A stretch of DNA of 30,252 nucleotides. It comes from Candidatus Micrarchaeota archaeon (lineage in GTDB: Archaea; B1Sed10-29; JAJSAI01). Position 1 is the first letter of the stretch. The number at the start of each line of letters is the position of its first letter. This document shows, in pieces, positions 26,980 through 30,252 of the stretch. The stretch is taken from contig CAZVAJ010000005.1 of NCBI GenBank assembly GCA_964625085.1, forward strand, positions 17,875 to 48,126. Reading direction: 5' to 3'. Made by a program: the position numbers and the translations under genes. The notes under the pieces are model-generated. The model was given only the letters and a program-made list of their open reading frames with translations, was not told where the DNA came from and searched no databases.

Positions 26980-27818
26980 CGTATCCTCTCCCATTCTTTT
27001 TTCATCTGCAGTGCTCCTGTAGTAGGATCAGGGGTTTCTGAGACCACGCATCCTGTAATCCTGTATTCCTTCCACACGCGTAAAAGTTCTTTCCAGTCCA
27101 GGTCAGAATCATCCAGCATCAGGTGTCTTCTTTCTCCTTTTTCTGAGTATTCTATTCCGCTCAGGTGAATGTGCATTTGTTTCAAGGCCTGCTTGCCAAG
27201 CTCTTTTTCCACGAGCTCAAGCACATGTTTCCATTCTTTCCGGGTGTTATACATGCCGTTGGTTCTTGCGTGCAAGTGCGCAAAATCAATGCACGGGGCC
27301 ACCATTTCTATTTCCTGAGACAACCGTACAGTTTCCTCTAAGGATCCGAACTGGGTTGGTTTTCCGCTTACTTCTGGCCTTATCCAGATCTTTATTCCTT
27401 CGTTGTCCAGGGTTTTCACGATTTCTTTCAAGGCTTTCTTAACAGCATCATACACTTTTTTTTCAGGGGTTTTCTGGTAGTATGCTGCATGAAATGTTAT
27501 TGACCATGCTCCGCATGCGTGCGCTATTCTCGCGGTCTTGAGAATCCTTTCCATGCTCGCCTTCTTTTTTGCAGGATTAGCAGAGTTTAGGTTGATGTAG
27601 TACGGGCCGTGCACAGTAAGTTCCACTCCTGTTTCTTCCCTTGCTTTTGCTACTTCAAGTGCTTTTTCTTGGCTTAGGTTCACTCCCCTAACGAACTCTA
27701 GTTCCATCGAGCCCAAGCCAAGTTTTCTGACTTCAAGCACTCCTCTTGCAGTGCCTTTGCCTTTAGCAGTTCCGGGAATGCCTCCGGGCCCGAACAAGAG
27801 TTCCTTAAACTTTTTCAT
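26976..27818 (-). CDS. nfo: Endonuclease IV (AP endonuclease family 2), archaeal type
   Basis: Start reassigned to 27818. ELEFVRG, HGPYYINL, FHAAYY, PEVSGK..QFG, DFAHLHAR, HIHLSGIEY...GERRH. Confidence 0.92.
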   Translation of the reverse strand: MKKFKELLFGPGGIPGTAKGKGTARGVLEVRKLGLGSMELEFVRGVNLSQEKALEVAKAREETGVELTVHGPYYINLNSANPAKKKASMERILKTARIAHACGAWSITFHAAYYQKTPEKKVYDAVKKALKEIVKTLDNEGIKIWIRPEVSGKPTQFGSLEETVRLSQEIEMVAPCIDFAHLHARTNGMYNTRKEWKHVLELVEKELGKQALKQMHIHLSGIEYSEKGERRHLMLDDSDLDWKELLRVWKEYRITGCVVSETPDPTTGALQMKKEWERIR

Positions 27819-28450
27819 TTCTTTTTCCCCTGTTTTGTGTACACTAAGTAAGAGTACGCGAATACGGCCACTATCCACAACATCAGGGGGAGAATAAAAA
27901 ACAGGAAAAAGTTTTTCACGAAAGTGTTCGCAAGTATCACAAGCGCCATCAGCATCATACTCTTTCCTCCGAACTCCTGCGTTTTTTTCCACACTTTCTT
28001 GTTTGCAAGGGCCCAAGGAGTCCGGAATCCCACAAAGTAGTTTTGCTCGAACTTGCGCAGGGTCCACCCGAACACCGTGAACAGGAATGCTAGTCCTGGG
28101 AACAGTACTGAAGTCATGTCAGTAAATGGATTGAGAGCGCATGCAATTATCCCTATCTGCAGAATCACCATGAATCCCAGCAGTCCTGCAATCATTATGC
28201 TGTAATACTCCTTCCTCTTTTCAAAGACCTTTCTCTTAACCGCGATTTTTGGAATTGTTTTGAATAATCCAAGCAGTCCTAACGAAAGCAAGGGAGTCAT
28301 CCACAGGGACTGTTTTCCAGCCCACGCGTCCACCTGCCCTTGTGCGTTCCAGTGTACCGGGACCTTTTCAGGCAGGTAGTTAACAGAAACTGCTGTGATC
28401 ACGATCAGGGTGGTTATAAGCCCGTACACTGCCACGTCCTGCCAGTTCAT
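27815..28450 (-). CDS. SdpI/DUF1648 family membrane (immunity-type) protein
   Basis: LPEKVPVHWNAQGQVDAW (DUF1648) and QNYFVGFRTPWAL....VWKKTQEFGGK (SdpI). Confidence 0.9.
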   Translation of the reverse strand: MNWQDVAVYGLITTLIVITAVSVNYLPEKVPVHWNAQGQVDAWAGKQSLWMTPLLSLGLLGLFKTIPKIAVKRKVFEKRKEYYSIMIAGLLGFMVILQIGIIACALNPFTDMTSVLFPGLAFLFTVFGWTLRKFEQNYFVGFRTPWALANKKVWKKTQEFGGKSMMLMALVILANTFVKNFFLFFILPLMLWIVAVFAYSYLVYTKQGKKK

Positions 28451-28626
28451 TCTACAAGCCCCTTCAACACTTCTTTGTACACTTTGAGCACTTCAGCAGG
28501 CTTCTTGCCTGTTTCTATGCATATTTTGGTAAGTTCTACTGCCACAGGGTTCGCTGCTTTGAACCCGAGTTTCGTTAGCTCGCTGTCAAGCTTATGCGTT
28601 AGTTCAAGGTCAAATTTTCCGTTCAT
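28447..28626 (-). CDS. Small hypothetical protein (59 aa), not in ORF track
   Basis: MNGKFDLELTHKLDSELTKLGFKAANPVAVELTKICIETGKKPAEVLKVYKEVLKGLVE; ATGA overlaps with both neighbours; GAGGTGG RBS. Confidence 0.8.
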   Translation of the reverse strand: MNGKFDLELTHKLDSELTKLGFKAANPVAVELTKICIETGKKPAEVLKVYKEVLKGLVE

Positions 28627-29042
28627 CCTTCCACCTCAAGAAATACTGTTTTGTTTTCTTGGTTTCCGTCAAGATCTGCAGTGACCTGCAAGGAGTATTT
28701 TCCGCTTACTGCGTTCCCGCTTACCATAACAGGAAAATCAACAATTCTGTTCTCGCCTGACCCGAAATACGAGATGTCCACTTCCTTTTCTGTAAGCATG
28801 ATTAGTGTCTCAGGGTCTTTTGGCTCTACTTTCAGTGTCAGCTGGTTCACGTCTTTTCCAAGTAGGTTGGTCACTTCTACGCGCAGGACTGTTTTGCTTC
28901 CGGGGGATACTGCTGGCTGCATGAACCATGCGTTTAGAGTTTGCTGGTTTTGCCATGACAGTATCACCCACAATCCTGCAAACACGAGCACCAGGCCTGC
29001 TCCCAGCAATAATTTCTTTTTGTCCAATTCTGGGGCATTCAT
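28623..29042 (-). CDS. Membrane-anchored single Ig-like (CARDB-like) protein
   Basis: Start reassigned to 29042 (GGAGG RBS). N-terminal TM helix, then a beta-sandwich pattern 'V.PG...LRVEVTN...GENRIVDF...GKYSLQV'. Confidence 0.7.
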   Translation of the reverse strand: MNAPELDKKKLLLGAGLVLVFAGLWVILSWQNQQTLNAWFMQPAVSPGSKTVLRVEVTNLLGKDVNQLTLKVEPKDPETLIMLTEKEVDISYFGSGENRIVDFPVMVSGNAVSGKYSLQVTADLDGNQENKTVFLEVEG

Positions 29043-29083
29043 TTTATTTTTCTCCTCCAGGAGAAAAGAAGGAGAGACTGTTT

Positions 29084-29764
29084 TTAATCCTTTTTGGTCA
29101 GGTGATAACCAGGGATTTCTGCCAGGCCAAGCAGAACGCACGAGTCAATGAATCCATGCGCGTATGCAGCAGCCTCCAGCGCAGTTGCCGGGTCTTTTTC
29201 TTTGTAGTGCACCGCGTCGTTATAGTAGTCTCTTGCGAACTTCAGGAGCTCTTCAGCCTTTTTGTCAAGAACCTTCATGTTCTCTAGAGCTTTTTTTGTC
29301 TCGTTCAGGCAGAACTCAAGCTTTCCTGAAGGCACTTTTGGCTTGCCTTCTTTTAGTCCTGTGAGCCAGCTGCTGGACTGTATCTTGCCGCCTCCTACTC
29401 CATAAACAAAATCTATGTTCTGAGCTTTGACTTTTTCTTCTTCAGCACACTTTTGAACGTCTCCTCCGTTTGTGAAAATTATCTTATCCGCAGGATGTTC
29501 TGATGCTATCTTATCCAAAGTTTTTGCTACTGTCCGATCCTTGTCAATAGAGGGGACTGCGTCGTCAACTATTTTCAGGCTTTTGACTATTTCCAAGCGT
29601 TCTTTTTCTGGCATGAAGGGCCTGCCTTTTTTCTGCCTTGCTTGTTCGTCATTGTTGACAATGACTATGAGCTTGTTCCCCAGTTTTTTAGCTTCTTTCA
29701 GGTATTCCAGGTGTCCTGCGTGCAGGGGGTCAAAGTATCCTGAGGCTACTGCTATCTTCTGCAT
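29084..29764 (-). CDS. Cytidylyltransferase-superfamily (HxGH) nucleotidyltransferase fused to DUF357
   Basis: SGYFDPLHAGH, KKGRPFMPEKER, FTNGGD, KIQSSSW; C-terminal ARDYYNDAVHY...AYAHGFID..VLLG matches DUF357. Confidence 0.8.
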   Translation of the reverse strand: MQKIAVASGYFDPLHAGHLEYLKEAKKLGNKLIVIVNNDEQARQKKGRPFMPEKERLEIVKSLKIVDDAVPSIDKDRTVAKTLDKIASEHPADKIIFTNGGDVQKCAEEEKVKAQNIDFVYGVGGGKIQSSSWLTGLKEGKPKVPSGKLEFCLNETKKALENMKVLDKKAEELLKFARDYYNDAVHYKEKDPATALEAAAYAHGFIDSCVLLGLAEIPGYHLTKKD

Positions 29765-29771
29765 GTTTGGA

Positions 29772-30107
29772 TCACTTCTCAGGAATTCTATCTATGAGGT
29801 ACAGGCATTCAAGATAGTGTTTTTCTATTTCAGGAAGAGGTCGTACTCCTTTTGATTCTTCCTTGAGTAGTTCAATCATCTTTTTTAGCTCGTCTTTTGA
29901 AGGGTGGTCAAAATCGATGGCGTTCTTTTTGCACAGTTCCTTGATCTTCGCAAGGCACATTCCTTTTATATCCTCTTCTTCTAGTGCTTCCTTTCCAATA
30001 ATCTCTTTTGTGGCGCTTATGTAACACTCGCATATTGCATTTTTGACATTTTGATATGTCGGCTCTTTTTTGGCCTTTTTGAACGAGTCCATCCATTCCT
30101 CTGTCAT
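29772..30107 (-). CDS. Hypothetical alpha-helical protein
   Basis: Start reassigned to ATG 30107 (AGGTGA RBS); first gene of a tightly packed - strand run. Confidence 0.7.
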   Translation of the reverse strand: MTEEWMDSFKKAKKEPTYQNVKNAICECYISATKEIIGKEALEEEDIKGMCLAKIKELCKKNAIDFDHPSKDELKKMIELLKEESKGVRPLPEIEKHYLECLYLIDRIPEK

Positions 30108-30176
30108 TTTCTTGTTCACCTAAGACGATAAAACATTCCAGAGGTATATATTTATTCGTTTAGTGAGGATAAACTC

Positions 30177-30251
30177 TGCTGCGATGACGACGACCAGGCT
30201 TCCCACCCTGGATTGCCAGGGGATGAAGAAGATTTTGAGTGCTGAGCAGCA
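30177..30251 (+). ncRNA. Box C/D 2'-O-methylation guide sRNA, predicted target tRNA-Leu(CAA)
   Basis: Terminal stem TGCTGC/GCAGCA; C box ATGACGA 30184-30190; degenerate D' CCCA 30202-30205; internal hairpin CCCTGG-ATTG-CCAGGG; C' ATGAAGA 30223-30229; D box CTGA 30242-30245; TATA-like TATATATTTAT 30145-30155 upstream. Confidence 0.8.
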
Positions 30252-30252
30252 C

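Noticed and set aside
27819..28067. N-terminal extension of endonuclease IV
   Set aside because: It lies within SdpI in another frame; the ATGA overlap defines start 27818.
309..30096. Numerous 60-190 aa antisense or alternate-frame ORFs in the track
   Set aside because: They are shadows of well-supported genes with no motifs or independent start signals.
30123..30252. 3' end of a - strand CDS entering from the right
   Set aside because: The short open frames lack recognisable protein features; the C/D sRNA explains the sequence better, though it cannot be fully excluded at a window edge.
1..30252. CRISPR arrays, tRNA or rRNA genes, integrases
   Set aside because: No regularly spaced repeats, cloverleaf/T-loop signatures or recombinase motifs were seen by eye.

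Overview
Gene-dense archaeal chromosomal segment. The compact intergenic regions, archaeal TATA boxes, leaderless starts and a DPANN-style giant surface protein suggest a DPANN-type lineage (inference). Mostly housekeeping genes: aspS, alba, ATP-dependent DNA ligase, Sec61beta, Mre11, split acetate-CoA ligase alpha/beta, SpeD, an agmatinase-like protein, beta-CASP RNase, NMD3, Trm10-like, endonuclease IV, an ABC-2 exporter and a CPA2 antiporter. Items missing from the ORF track: (i) a complete C/D-box guide sRNA at the right edge whose two guides both match tRNA-Leu, predicting Cm34 of tRNA-Leu(CAA); (ii) four small genes (Sec61beta, a 41-43 aa acidic coiled-coil, a 49 aa and a 59 aa ORF); (iii) a promoter/RBS/5-codon mini-ORF/T-tract unit upstream of the ABC exporter. 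Also notable: three tandem paralogous membrane-anchored GATase-like-fold proteins next to a palindromic TATA box shared with Sec61beta, a stand-alone encapsulin-type ferritin-like protein, and several enzymes with altered catalytic motifs. No tRNA, rRNA, CRISPR array or mobile element was seen. All family assignments come from motif recognition by eye; no database search was run.
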